From positions 5,208,001 to 5,272,000 of the forward strand of contig NC_047080.1 of the NCBI RefSeq assembly GCF_902459465.1: a DNA stretch of 64,000 bases. Reading direction: 5' to 3'. The notes beneath the pieces were generated by a model. The model saw nothing but the letters and a program-made list of their open reading frames with translations. It did no database searches and was not told the origin of the DNA. The translations under genes and the position numbers were made by a program. The stretch comes from Asterias rubens. Its lineage: Eukaryota. This document shows positions 48,926-61,840 of the stretch, piece by piece; within the stretch, counting starts at the first letter, position 1; every line of letters begins with the position of its first letter.

Positions 48926-50051
48926 TTATGTTAGCAGTCTCCCTATTATGTCAAAAGGAAGTTTTAAAATGTACTTTCTTTCCAAATATTTAACTGATTA
49001 ACAATCTTTGATTATCAATATTCTCAACATTACTACTTCACTTAAACTTCTTAACTGTCTAAGTGCTGGAAATCTACCCACTATTAAATACATTGGAAAT
49101 TGTATCAAACTAGTCTACAATCTCTCTACGACATTCGGATCTCGGCAAAAAAAAAACGACAAAAGATTCTCGGAGACAAAGACAATAAAAAAGACGAAGT
49201 GAAGAAGAACTGGCAATAAAAGGAAGGATAAATAGGATAAATAGGACATTAGAGAGAGGAATAACACATTATCGGTCCAGATGTCTCCGGAGGGAGTGTT
49301 TTTATACCGGTTGAATCCATCCTGAATTATAGGATATTGTCGATTGATTCCAAACAGGAACAAGTCCAGAACATGCAGGTGAAGATGTCTGTAAAAGTGC
49401 AGACATCAAAATACTAAAGGTCTTAGGGTTACTTTTTCGGGCTTACATCCTGATACCTGCTCATACCTTTTTAGTTGACAAACTTCAGGAACCAAAGTTG
49501 ATACACAAAATATTAATTGAAGTTGTGCAAGAGTGCAAGAGTCCAGACATTTAAATAGTTGTATACATGTATCAGCAAATCTTAAGAAACCCCTGTTCAA
49601 TTTGTTCATTCCTTTGCAGTTTGGCTTGTTTCTTATTTGTTTTTAATGATCCATGATGATAGAGAACAAATTTAACTTGAATTGTACAAGAAAAGTATTT
49701 CCGTTGTGTATTATTCTGAAGAAAAACTTGTCTACATCTAAAAACTGATCAGTTTGATCATACATATGAAAGGGGGGGGGGGGGCACTAGATTTTGGATG
49801 TTTTTTTTGTTAATGTGAGTTGTAGGCCAACATACAGTGTGTTGTATCTTTCCTAAATTTAAAGACAGATAGTTACATGTCCTTTCAAACACTTTATTTT
49901 AAGTGTTCCTAGTAGGAGTTCAAACGGGTGTCAATAAAGAGGGAGGGGTATCGTGCAGTAACTCCCCCTCCTTCTTACTACTCCCTCTTCAAAACTACCA
50001 CTAAAGAAAGTCTGCTCAAGACTTCCACTAAAGAAGTCTGCCCAAACTTAC

Positions 50052-50057
50052 CTCAAT
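50052..50057 (-). CDS. Candidate 6-nt microexon (IE)
   Basis: aatttgaaag|ATTGAG|gtaagtt; consensus donor, weak pyrimidine tract. Confidence 0.25.
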
Positions 50058-50593
50058 CTTTCAAATTTCATTCAATGATACGCAAAGGTTGTGTAAGATA
50101 TTTATTTTGGCCAGAGTTTCCAAGGATTTGACTTTGCAGTATTGTACTCAGGGGTATTTCCAGAGAATAACAAAGACAAGGTCGAGTCAAGGTAGCGACA
50201 ATCCCATATCCTTTTCCCAACAAATACAAATCCACTATTATTGTTTTGTCATAGCAGCAGCAGCATTTTGAGTTTGGTACATAGTGCAAAACATAAAAAT
50301 ATGCACACTAAGTAACAAAAAAAAGCATGTTTATGGTAAAGGCTGACTTGGAAGAAATGTTTTTTTGAGAAACTCAGTTGAGAGGCTGGCTATTGTACTT
50401 TTCCCCAGAAATAAAGAATTGTGTGGTAGAGCTTTAGCGTTTTTATTTTGTTTGCATTGAAATGATAATATCAACCAAGGAGATATTTATTATACTATTA
50501 TTCATTGTGGCTTTTGTTTGCTCGTTTTGGGGGCAGAAGGAAGTGAAGTGAACTTGCAGGACATCACAAGAGGGCGCTATAACAGACAGACCA

Positions 50594-50751
50594 ATAGACC
50601 TTTTTTCGCAAATACAGGGTGTGCACGTGTTTCCCATAGAGGCACAGTGCATGCTGGTCTAGCTAGTGATCAATTTGATCCATAGCTAGACCAGCATGCA
50701 CCCCATTCAACAGTAAGCACTTGCGCAATGTGTATTTGCGAAAATGTCTAT
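50594..50751. mobile_element. MITE with internal 19-bp-stem hairpin (50647-50701)
   Basis: TIR ATAGACC(T)nCGCAAATAC / GTATTTGCGAAAATGTCTAT; inner GTGCATGCTGGTCTAGCTA...TAGCTAGACCAGCATGCAC. Confidence 0.75.
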
Positions 50752-51526
50752 GCGTTGTTAAGGCTTATGGTAAGATTTCTTTATAAAACTGCAACAGTTG
50801 TGAACTAAAATCTTTCCTTGTTCAAAAAGTTAGGAATAGAAATTAATGAATCTGAAAAATAAAATTCTTCAAAAATAGTATAACAAAAAAGGAACAAATT
50901 TTCCTAAGGCCTAAAGAAAACAAACTAAATCTAAAGTTTAAGTTCAGAAGATTTTTAAAATGGAAGATATAAAATTAGTGAGATATTTAAAAGTGGAAGA
51001 AAACCGTGTGACTATTGTGACCAGTATTACGTGCATTCATGCAATAAGTTTAAATGTAATGAAAAGAATTCAAAATGTGAATTAGAAAATAACTGATGAT
51101 AAAACAAAATTTCGTCAGGATTGGTGCTTGGGAAATTAGAATATTGTAAAATGAGGCATGCAAATAATATCAGCGATCAAATGTTCATTAACTGAAGCTT
51201 TCCTCCTGCACTTCTTGTTTTTTTATATTTTTTTCTGAATTTTCAAGATCCTCAACTCTCAGAGATGACCAAAAGTGACACAATTTGAAGGACAGATAAA
51301 AGAGACAGATAAAAAAGTTGAACAAAAAGCAAAGACAGAAGTATAATAATATAAAAAAGACAAAATCTAGAAAGAAATTCCACCAGACAAATAAACAGAA
51401 GAAGAGGTAACTAAAACATTTAAAAAGTGAAGATAAATGTTGAAACTGACGAAAATCTAAAAAGTGGAAATCTAAAAAAGTGAAAAAATTGAGAAATTCT
51501 GGCTGGCAATGAGCACTGATGATTAC

Positions 51527-51547
51527 CTTTTGAGCAGCTTGGATGAA
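51527..51547 (-). CDS. Candidate 21-nt microexon (FIQAAQK), phase 0 to 0
   Basis: ttttattttctgctcttacctttaaatcactcag|TTCATCCAAGCTGCTCAAAAG|gtaatc. Confidence 0.55.
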
Positions 51548-52275
51548 CTGAGTGATTTAAAGGTAAGAGCAGAAAAATAAAATGGGGGGAAAAATGAAAG
51601 TGATATTTTTAATGTGGGATTCTTTCCATTCACATGCATTTTTTTTATGATAGGAAAAATATATTCAGTGGATCCAGGATTTTAGATGTCATGGGGAAAC
51701 AAGAGAAATTGTGAAACCATTCTGCAATGAAATTTTGCTCAAAATCTCTAATTATTTAAAAAAAGATTATGTTTTCTTTTTAATTTTGATACCATGTTTT
51801 CATTCCCACATCCTTATTATGAAATATAAAACTACTTCTCCAAAGTTATCACCCTGGATAAGCCACTGTATATATTCACTCATGCCATAGGTTAAAGGTT
51901 AAAGGTTAGAGGTTAAATGTAACGGATGGATAGGTGGTTTCAGGTATATAAGCAATGGGTAGCAGGAAGGAAAGGATGAAGGGAGATCTGGGAGGATTTT
52001 TCCCTAAGTAACAATCAACAGTGTAATCATCAGAAAAAGCTTTTTTTTTCAAAAAAAAAAAAAAAATGAATGATAAATGACTCAGACTCCAATGTGGAAA
52101 GGCTCCTCAATGGAGAACCCAAAACATGTCTTTTAAAAAAAATCTCCGCAAAACAAAACCTTGACCCCCATCTTGTTCAGGTAGCTTCTTAACCCTTCAT
52201 GCTGAATCCCATTCATACATGTAGATCCCCCTTGCACTGAAAGCAATGAAAACATGTATGCATTTACGCGCCAAA

Positions 52276-52777
52276 GGTCGACTTCACAAAAATAGTCCTA
52301 ACTTAGGACTAGTCCTTAGACTCTTAAGGAGAGATTAAGTTAGGATGAGTAACTCGTCCTGACTCGTGATAAGACCAGTCTTAAAGGCAGTGGGCACTAT
52401 TAGCATAATAAGTATTAGCATAAAACCTTAATTGGTAACGAGTAATGGGGACATGTTGATAGTATAAAACATTGTGAGAAAACGGCTCCCTCTGAAGTGA
52501 CGTAGTTTTCAAAAGAGAAGTAATATTCCACAAATTTGAATTTGATACCTGAGTTAGATTTTGAGGTATCGAAATCAAGCATCTGAAAGAACGCAACTTC
52601 GAGTGACGAGGGTGTTTTTCTTTTATTATTATCTCGCAACTTCGACAAAGGCCAATTGAGCTCAACTTTTCACAGGTTTGTTATTTTATGCATATGTTGG
52701 GATACACCAAGTGAAAAGACTGGTCTTTGACAATTACCAGTAGTGTCCAGTGCCTTTAAAACTTTGTGAAATCCACC
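52276..52777. mobile_element. Host inverted-repeat element interrupted at TTAA by a family A MITE (52385-52755)
   Basis: Host ends GGTCGACTTCACAAA / TTTGTGAAATCCACC; TTAA at 52381-52384 and 52756-52759 flank the inserted MITE. Confidence 0.8.
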
Positions 52778-53233
52778 ATTGACCTGTCAGCAAATTGGTA
52801 TTTCTTTGACCTCCATGAGGGCGCTGTTTTGAGCTTGTGATACTATGCAAGTATGCCAGAGGATCTATTGTTGTACATCACACAGGATGAAAGTAAACTT
52901 GTCAAGTCACTTCAGCATATAAATAAACAAAACTGTGAAAGATTCAGAACCATTTGGTACAATGACATGTACAAGTCTATGAAACAATAACAGTTGCAGA
53001 GAGAGGGCGCCAGATAAATTGCACTACCAAATTGAAAAGAGGTTTAGAAATTCAAGCTTTTTATAAAGTGATCCTGGAGTAACTTGAACAATTTACTCTC
53101 AGTGAAAGACCAAGAATCCATCCGTTTAATTTCTAGTAAAGAAGAAACACTAAAAGATCAGAGTTGACTGCAAAGAGAAAGTCATGTGATCAGTGAAATG
53201 AGTGTGGTTCAGTCTAAACAAGTGAAAACTTAA

Positions 53234-53604
53234 AGGAAACGTTGCCTTGGATCGGTCAAATTGGCCTTTGAAAAAAGTTTGTTATAAAATGCATATGATT
53301 AAAGAGATATTTTAAAACTGGAATATAACGGTCCACACAAGTATCACTCAAAATTGCTTGGTTTTCCTTTTACCTCGTCGACTAACACCGTCAGCCAATT
53401 ATAGGAGTCAAATTTTTGTCTCCCATATATTGCCGACCGTGTTAGTTCGCAAAGTAAAAGGAACACCACGCAATTTCGAGGCATATTTGTGTGGATCATT
53501 GTATTCTACTTTTAAGATATCTTTCTAACCATATGCATTTTATAACAAAGAGTTTCAAACACTTTTTAAAGACCAACTCGACCGATCCAAGGCTACGTGT
53601 TCCT
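53234..53604. mobile_element. MITE family B copy
   Basis: TTAA-AGGAAACGTTGCCTTGGATCGG...CCGATCCAAGGCTACGTGTTCCT-TTAA. Confidence 0.9.
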
Positions 53605-54959
53605 TTAATCTCTGATTAGTATGAAGTACCACCTATGTCAAATTTTCTACTTCAAGGAGAGAAATCCTAAATACAGAAAACTGTAAAAACAATTTACTAT
53701 GGTAAAGACTCTAGAGAGAACATTAGTAAAATTATACCCGAAAGAACACCACTCACTCAGTTATTTACTCTGAAAGAAAAAGGTCTCAAGTTACACAACA
53801 CTGCAAATCATTATTAAAATATCCACATCCTGCTGAACACCCCGTCACCAAACAAAAAAGGAAAGAAAGAAGGAATACAACACTCTATAATGCAATCAAA
53901 CCTCTTAACATGTGGTCACAAAACTGCAAACCATGTTATAAAAACTCCCCACCCTATTGACTACCCCCCATCCCATCACCAAAGAAAAAAAGAAGCACAA
54001 ACTAGAGAGAAAGTAAAACTCAACAATGCAATAAACCTCTCTTTATACATGTGTGGCCAGTGCACTCACTGAGCTGCTGTTGAAACCACAATGGTGATCA
54101 AACAAACCTTAATCAATGATGGGTTCGCCTCGGCCAGAAACTTGAAGATTCTCAAATCTTAAAATGTAAATTTCTCAAATCGTCAACACTCAAACCCCCC
54201 ACCATTTACACTTAACATAATCTACAGACCAGACTGGAAGATTGAAGATGACCAAACCCATTCTTAAATCTCAATCCCTCCACCATTAATTCTACACATG
54301 TATAGACCAAATATTCTAACTACAGTAGAGACACTGATAAGTTGTCCAAGTAGTCGGGGGCCAAACCGCCAAGTCACTTGCAACTGGACATCTGATGGTG
54401 AAGTCAAGGTATCAAACACTGACGAGTTGTAGTCTTGTGCCAAGGCTGTCGAGTTAATAATATTTATATACCTTAGACAGACAAATTCTAATCTACGACA
54501 GAAATCTATGTTTATGGTGTCCCAAGACACCAAATCAACACCTTGGAGTATAAAAGAGAAAGATGAAAGCCACACCCACCACCAGGAAGAAACCCAAGTC
54601 GACAAGACTCTCAGATAAAGATGATTATTCCTCCACCACATGCCGGACGCATCATCACTGTCAACAATCATCATCACCATGACAACATCCTCATGTACAG
54701 ATTATGTTTTTTATTACTGTCAACGGCCTACCTTCAACCAATATACAAACCAACCATCATGTTCAATTTAAACGGATTTCGAAAAACAAAGGCACATATC
54801 TCCTCAAGAATTACCATTTCTATTTCATTCGGATAATTTCAGAAAAGATCTCTTTCCATTTCAAATGGTGTCAAATTAAACCTCACTTCTTGATTGCTAC
54901 TATAATATGATTTTTAACTATCAACAATTAAAAGGCATGAGGCACAAACAGATACGATC

Positions 54960-55175
54960 AGTTTTCGAGCTGCTTAAGCACAAAATTCTGCTTAAGCGAA
55001 ATATTCCATGCTTAATAAAATCAGAATACCAGCTAAGACTCCACTCAATTGTTATGCTAAGTAAACAATAGCCCAATACCAGTCACAAGCAATGTATATG
55101 ACGTGTAAAATAAGCAAGCTCTTTTCGTGCTTAACCAAATTTTTTGCTTAAGCAGCTCTATGAAATTGGCCCCTG
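54960..55175. mobile_element. MITE family C-related element
   Basis: GAGCTGCTTAAGCACAAAA...TTTTGCTTAAGCAGCTCTATGAAATTGGCCC. Confidence 0.65.
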
Positions 55176-56229
55176 ACTATTAAATTAATTCTGTATATAT
55201 GCTCCGTTGAAATACATTAACAATACGATGCTGATGCATCTGCATAACATAATTTATAACAAACAAAAACAAGTAAACAAAAATAAAAACAGGCACAGCA
55301 ACAAACAAAACCTAAAACACTGTAACAAAATGACCTCAGGGCCATTGCTGTAAACAACTGTTGAAAGCTTTTGTTGACTGTGATTAACTTTAAAATGGAA
55401 GACAAGACGATCTTGTTGCTTTTAATGTTTACAAAGAAACATTAAATTATCATAATAAACTAATAACATGGAAGTCATGGTGATCTTTGTTGTTTTTAAT
55501 GTTTACAAACATTAAAATATCAAAAGTTAAACCATTAAAAACTGTATACATCTTAAGGCTATTCTATTATTAAAGCGATAAAATGTTCATAACTTGGCGT
55601 TTAGCATTTTGGAATCAAATTTGTCTTAATGTTGTCATGCACAGGCAAATCTTCTGGGATAAAGAATCACTTGTTGATGAAGTCACTTTAGAACTATACG
55701 CTAACATTGATTATGTGAAGAATTCCTTTTACCCAATAATGTATAAAGACAAATTGATTGATTGATTAATTGATAATGTAAGCTACAGCCACTCTTTTGA
55801 TAACTAATTCAAAGCCCAAATTACATTTGAATAATACCACGATGCAACTAATCCCATTCATGTAAAATTGATGTTTTTAAATATGAATAATTTGTGCTCA
55901 GAAAAGATTGCATAACAATTTACATGTAATTATTAAACACAAACATGGAACAAATAAACTGCAATGGTACAACATTTGATGAACAGCCCTGACATTTGAG
56001 GATTAAACAGATTTATGTCAACTTTTCAAACCAATAAAGTTAGCGGATCGTTTTCAGATTGGAGTAATGAAATCCGTAACATTCTAAATCAAAAGCGAAA
56101 CCACACTCTTTTTTTTTTTTTTTTTTTTTACAGATTTACAAATAACTTACAGGGTTTACAGAAAGGTAATGGTAAAAGACTTTTCTTGAAATATTATTCC
56201 ATGAAATGCTTTACTTTTCGAGAAAACAT

Positions 56230-56408
56230 TAAAACAATTATCAATTCTCGTTGTCGAGAATTACAGATTTCTCCCCGTTATTTTCTCCCGACTCCGATGA
56301 CCGATTGAGCCTAAGTTTTCACAGGTTTGTTATTTTATATATAAGTTGTGATACAAGAAGTGTGGGCATTGGACAATACTGTTTACCGAAAGTGTCCAAT
56401 GGCTTTAA
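56230..56408. mobile_element. Diverged family A-related fragment
   Basis: CGATGACCGATTGAGCCTAAGTTTTCACAGGTTTGTTATTTTAT...AAAGTGTCCAATGGCTTTAA. Confidence 0.6.
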
Positions 56409-57313
56409 CAACTTTAATCGACTACTGATTCAAATGCTGTACCATTAAACTCTTTAAAAACGTACAAAACTAAGACTAAATAAAATGACATACTGTACAT
56501 GTCCACACATTTCACAATTAAACATAATATTCACAAATGAGTTATATGGATATTTGAATATTGATACCTTGAGGTTCTGTCATATGGAAATACAACATTT
56601 TCGACAAGTAAAATATTATACAATTTTCTTTATTTTTATAAAAAGTAAAATTGAACTTTATACACCTTTGAACTTAAACATATATTTTTTAGCATTAAGC
56701 TCATTGAGCTAATTTCTAATAAAAGACGCAGAAATAAAGACAACTGTAGTTTTATATATATGAAGGAATACATACAGCATACATTTAATTCGGAATAAAT
56801 TGTGTTGAATTGGTATTTTGACTGCCTTCTGTGTATCTGGTTGTTTGTAGCTAGAAATTACAAATTATGTTTGCTGAAAGTTATCAAATATGGTTTGATA
56901 CAGATTCAGAATAATAGATGCTGGTAAGAAATTTTACACCTCCAAAAAAGACAAAATTCAGATGATTTATTTTCCTCAATGCTACAAGAAAAATGGATTT
57001 GTCAACGAGTAAAAATGGCAGTTAAACGGGATGGAAGGAATACAGCCTGATCTGATGGGAAATCATATGACGGGGAATCATCACAAATGACTCCTGGGAA
57101 GACAACATAGTTACCATGGAAACAAAGATACTCCCACAGCCACCGAAGAGATGAGAATATCATCAAAACAACTGCCATGAATAAAAGAGGGATCCGTAAC
57201 CATGGAAAACAAGGTACCAATGATGCAAGATTTCCCATAACCACTAGGATGGATGAGCCTCTGAAGGCGACAAAACTACAGCCACCACGAAAGTATCAAA
57301 ATATATGTACCTT

Positions 57314-57655
57314 TGGAGATAAAACATTGGCAATAAGGTGATATAAACATTGGTAACCATGGAGATAGAAAAACTAAGGTAACCGTGGAGATATAACTAT
57401 GGTAACTGTGGAAATGTAAACTATGGTAACCATGGAAATAAAAACGATGGTAACCGTGGAGATACAAACTATGGTAACCGTGGAGATATAAACATTGGCA
57501 ACTATGGAGATATAAAAACTACGGTAACCGTGGAAATATAAACAATGGTAATCGTGGAAATATAAACTATTGTAAACGTGGAAATATAAATGATGGTATC
57601 CAAGGAGATACAAAATATGATAGCCATTGAGATATAAACTACAGTAACCATTGGG
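57314..57655. repeat. 21-22-bp tandem repeat, about 13 copies
   Basis: GGTAACCGTGGAGATATAAACTAT-like units. Confidence 0.9.
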
Positions 57656-58135
57656 ACACTACGTTTACAGTGAAATACCTCAACCGCGAAATATTGATAA
57701 CAAGTAAACTGGGTATAAGGCTGAATTGGGTGGGAGCACAAAGGTACCGATATAAAAGATGATGAACGATCTCTTCAAATAGGTTTATCAATTGTCTCAA
57801 AACACAAAATGTATCATCATAAAATCTCGGTCCTTAAGAATGATCTTGATGGATTAAGAAAATGGAATGCATTGTTAGTGTGTTAGATGAGACGATACAG
57901 CAGTTCTACTGCATCAAAAACTAAGACATTACAATTTCAGCACGTTATATGAATCGACCAAACAACACAAACTTTGTCTTACTGTGAATAACTCTTTGAG
58001 TTGATAAATTGTACAATAATTTCTTTATCTGAAGGATAATTTTGAGACAAATCAATAGAGCCTAGATGACAGGAGAAGGATCATGCAGAAGTAAAGCTGA
58101 GAAGACCAGAACGGGTGGCAAGCTTGTTTAAGTAG

Positions 58136-58206
58136 CCCTGGGTGAACCCTGGGTGAACACTGTGTGAACACTGGGTGAAAACCCTGGGGTGAACCCTGGG
58201 TGAACC
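58136..58206. repeat. 11-bp tandem repeat, about 6 copies
   Basis: CCCTGGGTGAA variants. Confidence 0.85.
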
Positions 58207-58739
58207 ACGGAGCATAACTACGCAAAAGATTCCTGCAAGAAAAACATACTTTGATTTATCCACACCAACACAAAAAAATACAAGAAAATAAAAAAGGGAA
58301 ATTAAAAATGGTGATTTTGGGTGGGAGGGGTAAAAACTACAGCTGAGGATTTGTTCATGTATATTTTGTTCTCTTTCTTTGAAGGTATAAACAGAATTAT
58401 GCTAGATATATTTAATACAAATTATTTCAAAAGTAAGTTGGTTTTATGTACCAAATATATATGTATGTTTTATCTTTAATACAGCTATTTACAAACATCA
58501 TGAAATCACTCCCACCCCTAATTTTGACACAATGGAGTGTTCCGTGCTTATTAACAATTAAAAAGAAGAATGGAAAGTTCCATTATGATGAGGGATGTTC
58601 ATGTTGATAATGGTGATGAGTAGTACATGCCAGCTGGTGTTAGATGCCGGTTTGTGAGCCCATCTAAAGAAGGTGAATTATTAGTGCCAAGAATATGAGT
58701 TAGTAATCATCAAAGTTTGAAAAACAAGTACACACTTAA

Positions 58740-59117
58740 AGGCAGTGGACACTATTGGTAATTACTCAAAATAATTATTAGCATAAAACCTTTCTTTGTA
58801 ACGAGTAATGGGGAGAGGTTGGTAGTATAAAATATTGTGAGAAACGGCTCCCTCTGAAGTAATGTAGTTTTCGAGAACGAAGTAATTTTCCACGAATTTG
58901 ATTTCGAGACCTCAAGTTTAGAATTTGAGGTCTCGAAATCAAGCATCTGAGAGCACACCACTTGGTATGACAAGGGTGATTTTTCCTTCGTCATTATCAC
59001 GCAACTTTGATGTCCGATTGAGCTCAAATTTTCACAGGTTTGTTATTTTATGTATATGTTGAGATACACCAACTGCGAAGACTGGTCTTTGACAATTACC
59101 AATAGTGTCCAGTGTCT
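58740..59117. mobile_element. MITE family A, full length
   Basis: TTAA-AGGCAGTGGACAC...GTGTCCAGTGTCT-TTAA. Confidence 0.9.
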
Positions 59118-59773
59118 TTAAACTACAGTTTTCTTTGAATTTGGTGTCAGGAAGTTGTTTTTCAGAAAGTTCTACAAACTTGTTCTTTAATTTGTAAAGC
59201 ATCCTGATCCAACAAGAAAACTATGAATGAACTTTATATAGAACTTTGCTTTTTAGACTATTCAGTACCGGGTATATTTATTGTTACAAAATTAAACTTC
59301 CCAATTTGGGCGAGTTGCAGTTTGCAAATCAAACCACCCAACAAACTTTCTTTCTTTTGAAGAATTTCACTATGGATTTGAGAATGTATCTACAAATGTC
59401 TATAACAGTGAGTTCAAGAGTGTACTTGTAATTCTGATTAAAAAAATAATGATTTTGGTTCATCTTGCAAAAAGTTGTCAATTTGTAAATAATTTAAAAG
59501 CCCCCAACCCTTCATTTTACAGGAAAGAAGAAAATGGCGTTGAAATCGATCATTTTAGTGAATCTATGCTGAAAAATCAAAGTAAATTGTTGAATTGCTT
59601 TGTACCATTCAATTACTTTTTGATTAAGTGCTGAAATCAATGGAGGTGAAAGCCTGGACTTTATTTCAATAAGGATTTTGTGAGATTGAATTGAATTGAA
59701 CTGAAATTGTTTCTAAAAATGAAAATCATTCTCACAACCAGAAGGACGATTTAGATGTTTTGTACAAGTTTAA

Positions 59774-60112
59774 GGACACTGGACACCTTTGGTAATTATC
59801 AAAGACCAGTCCCCTCAAGTGGTGGTCGAAATTGCGAGATCATAATGGGGAAAAGCACCCTTGTCACAAGAAGTTGTATGCTTTCAGATGCTTGATTTTG
59901 AGACCTCAAAATCAAATTCTGAGGTCTCGAAATTAAATTAAAATATGTTAATAAAAAAATAACTTCTTTCTCGAAAACTTTGTTACTTCAGAGGGAGCCG
60001 TTTCTAACAATGTTTTAATACTATCAACCTCTCCCCATTACTCGTTACAAATCAACAGCTCTCCATTGATCGTTAACAATTAAAGTTTTTATGCCAATAG
60101 GGTCCAGTGCCT
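59774..60112. mobile_element. MITE family A, diverged copy
   Basis: TTAA-GGACACTGGACACC...GGTCCAGTGCCT-TTAA. Confidence 0.8.
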
Positions 60113-60254
60113 TTAAGAAACGTTATGATGGGTCCTGTAAACTTTCCGTGTAGGTTGGGAGCTTTTTGGGGGCCGCCTAAATCTTCTATCTATTTTCAAT
60201 TCAGATATCAATATAAACCACAAGGGAAACTGACTGGGTAAATTTGTAAATGAT

Positions 60255-60375
60255 TTTGGGGGTTGAACAAAGAATTGACTAGAGTGGGATTCGAACCAAC
60301 GACCTCCGGATTAACGTGCCGGAGGTCGTTGGTTCGAATCCCACTCTAGTCAATTTTTTGTTCAACCACAAAAAT
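60255..60375. mobile_element. Fold-back (palindromic) tRNA-SINE derivative
   Basis: Perfect 37-bp stem 60273-60309 / 60319-60355 with 9-nt loop; arms are the B-box half of the SINE seen at 357 and 48828. Confidence 0.9.
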
Positions 60376-60892
60376 TATTTTCAATTCACATGGAAATATC
60401 CATGAATGCAATGAAAAGAGTTAGACTCAGATATCTACCTGCAAAGAAAAAGCAAGAATACATTCTAAAGCAATACCGTTTGATTATATCAGAATTCATT
60501 TGGTGGATTTGCAGCATGGGACAAAAATAAAGCAGCTCGCTCTTTATGAAGATTTTAAAAAGAAGGAAAAAACGCAGAACAAATTTCCAAACTTAAGGTT
60601 GCGGCTTTTGCAAATGGTGTAAAGACACTCTTTTCACTTTTTCACAGAAATTGGTGAAGGGAAGGGCACTTGAGTTTGGATATTGCTTTAAAATAAATCC
60701 CTTTTTAGAAAGATGGAAAGATTTATGAAATGGAGCCGGCACCTGATGTAGATGAAGAATATAGAAAGATTATGACCGCCACCATATATCTAAAATGTAA
60801 CCCTGCTACCTGTGATGGAAAAAGAAATAATGAACCCGATAAAATTACTCCATATTTAGGTCTTAAGTCAGATTCCTCTGCTGAAAATAGCT

Positions 60893-61093
60893 TGGCCCCA
60901 ATTTCACAAAGCTGTTTAGCAGAAAATACTGCTTAAACAAATTCTTTGCTAAGCAACAATTGAGTGGGGCACCAGACACAACAATGCAAACTTAATGTAA
61001 TTTTGGCTGGTAACCTGTTTCTGGTAAGCCATACTATTTATTCTGTGCTTAGCAATTTTTTGTGCTTATAGGCTTTATGAAATTGGGCCCCTG
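60893..61093. mobile_element. MITE family C-related element
   Basis: TGGCCCCAATTTCACAAAGC...GCTTTATGAAATTGGGCCCCTG. Confidence 0.7.
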
Positions 61094-61726
61094 ACTCTGG
61101 TTATAGTCTGATGGATTGTGGGTAGAATGGTGAGTGTTATGTAAGATCCGTTACCCAATAAAATGAGCTTGTAAAGTCATGTGACAGGACTATTGCCCAA
61201 TGAAATAAAGCCTCAAACAGCATGTGACAAGATTGTGGTCCAATGTATATGAGTTGAAAGAAAGCTGTTTCTGATATTGATGAGTTTTGACATGTACAGT
61301 GCCATCAAATCTGGATTCAGTAAAATAGAAAGGCTAAATGTTTTCTCAAATTTGATGAAGTCTTTAATATTTTCATAAAAGTTTGAATACACTTTTTGAA
61401 ATAATATTTCATTGTGAAGCTATAAAAAAAAATTTAAAGGTTAAAAATGCTGGTATTTTAAGTTACGTGCACATGTATAACTACTGCACTTTTTACCAAA
61501 TTGTCTTTGTCAATATACGAATCAATATTGTCCGTTGCAGTTAGTATGTCTAGACTTTGTTAATACTTGACATTCTTATATAGGGTTAAAAGATTAAAAG
61601 CTCAAGTTTGACGGCTATACCAAGAAATCGAAAGATATATCTTCTAAGATATCTACTAAAGGACTACTCAGAGAGAAGATATACTGCAATGATATAGCAT
61701 GAGTTTTGGTTGTTCTAGACATATAC

Positions 61727-61840
61727 CTCGCGTACGGTGTGTCGGTGGAAGGTTCCGTCCGAGGTTGGGACCTCTAGTAACGTCGGTTCCCCGCGGCCAC
61801 GAACCTTGCGTAGGTATTCCATACGCTTCTGATAACGAAG
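61727..61840 (-). CDS. Candidate CaV2 cassette exon (LRYQKRMEYLRKVRGRGEPTLLEVPTSDGTFHRHTVRE), phase 0 to 0
   Basis: GC-rich island; T-rich tract...catgaccag|CTT...GAG|gtatat; 114 nt, open. Confidence 0.5.

Noticed and set aside
54472-54492. Another possible 21-nt microexon (IRICLSK), and a 66-nt candidate near 62012-62077
   Set aside because: Weak donor or implausibly hydrophobic peptide; such matches are expected by chance in a 15-kb intron.
58081-58232. Strong minus-strand acceptor that would give ESFA-stop in phase 0 (truncation after the IQ domain)
   Set aside because: Only an acceptor is seen; there is no donor, poly(A) or conservation evidence, and the following sequence is an 11-bp tandem repeat.
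60730-60936. Plus-strand ATG-initiated 68-aa ORF (MEPAPDVDEEY...)
   Set aside because: Short, no recognisable homology, and its end runs into a MITE.
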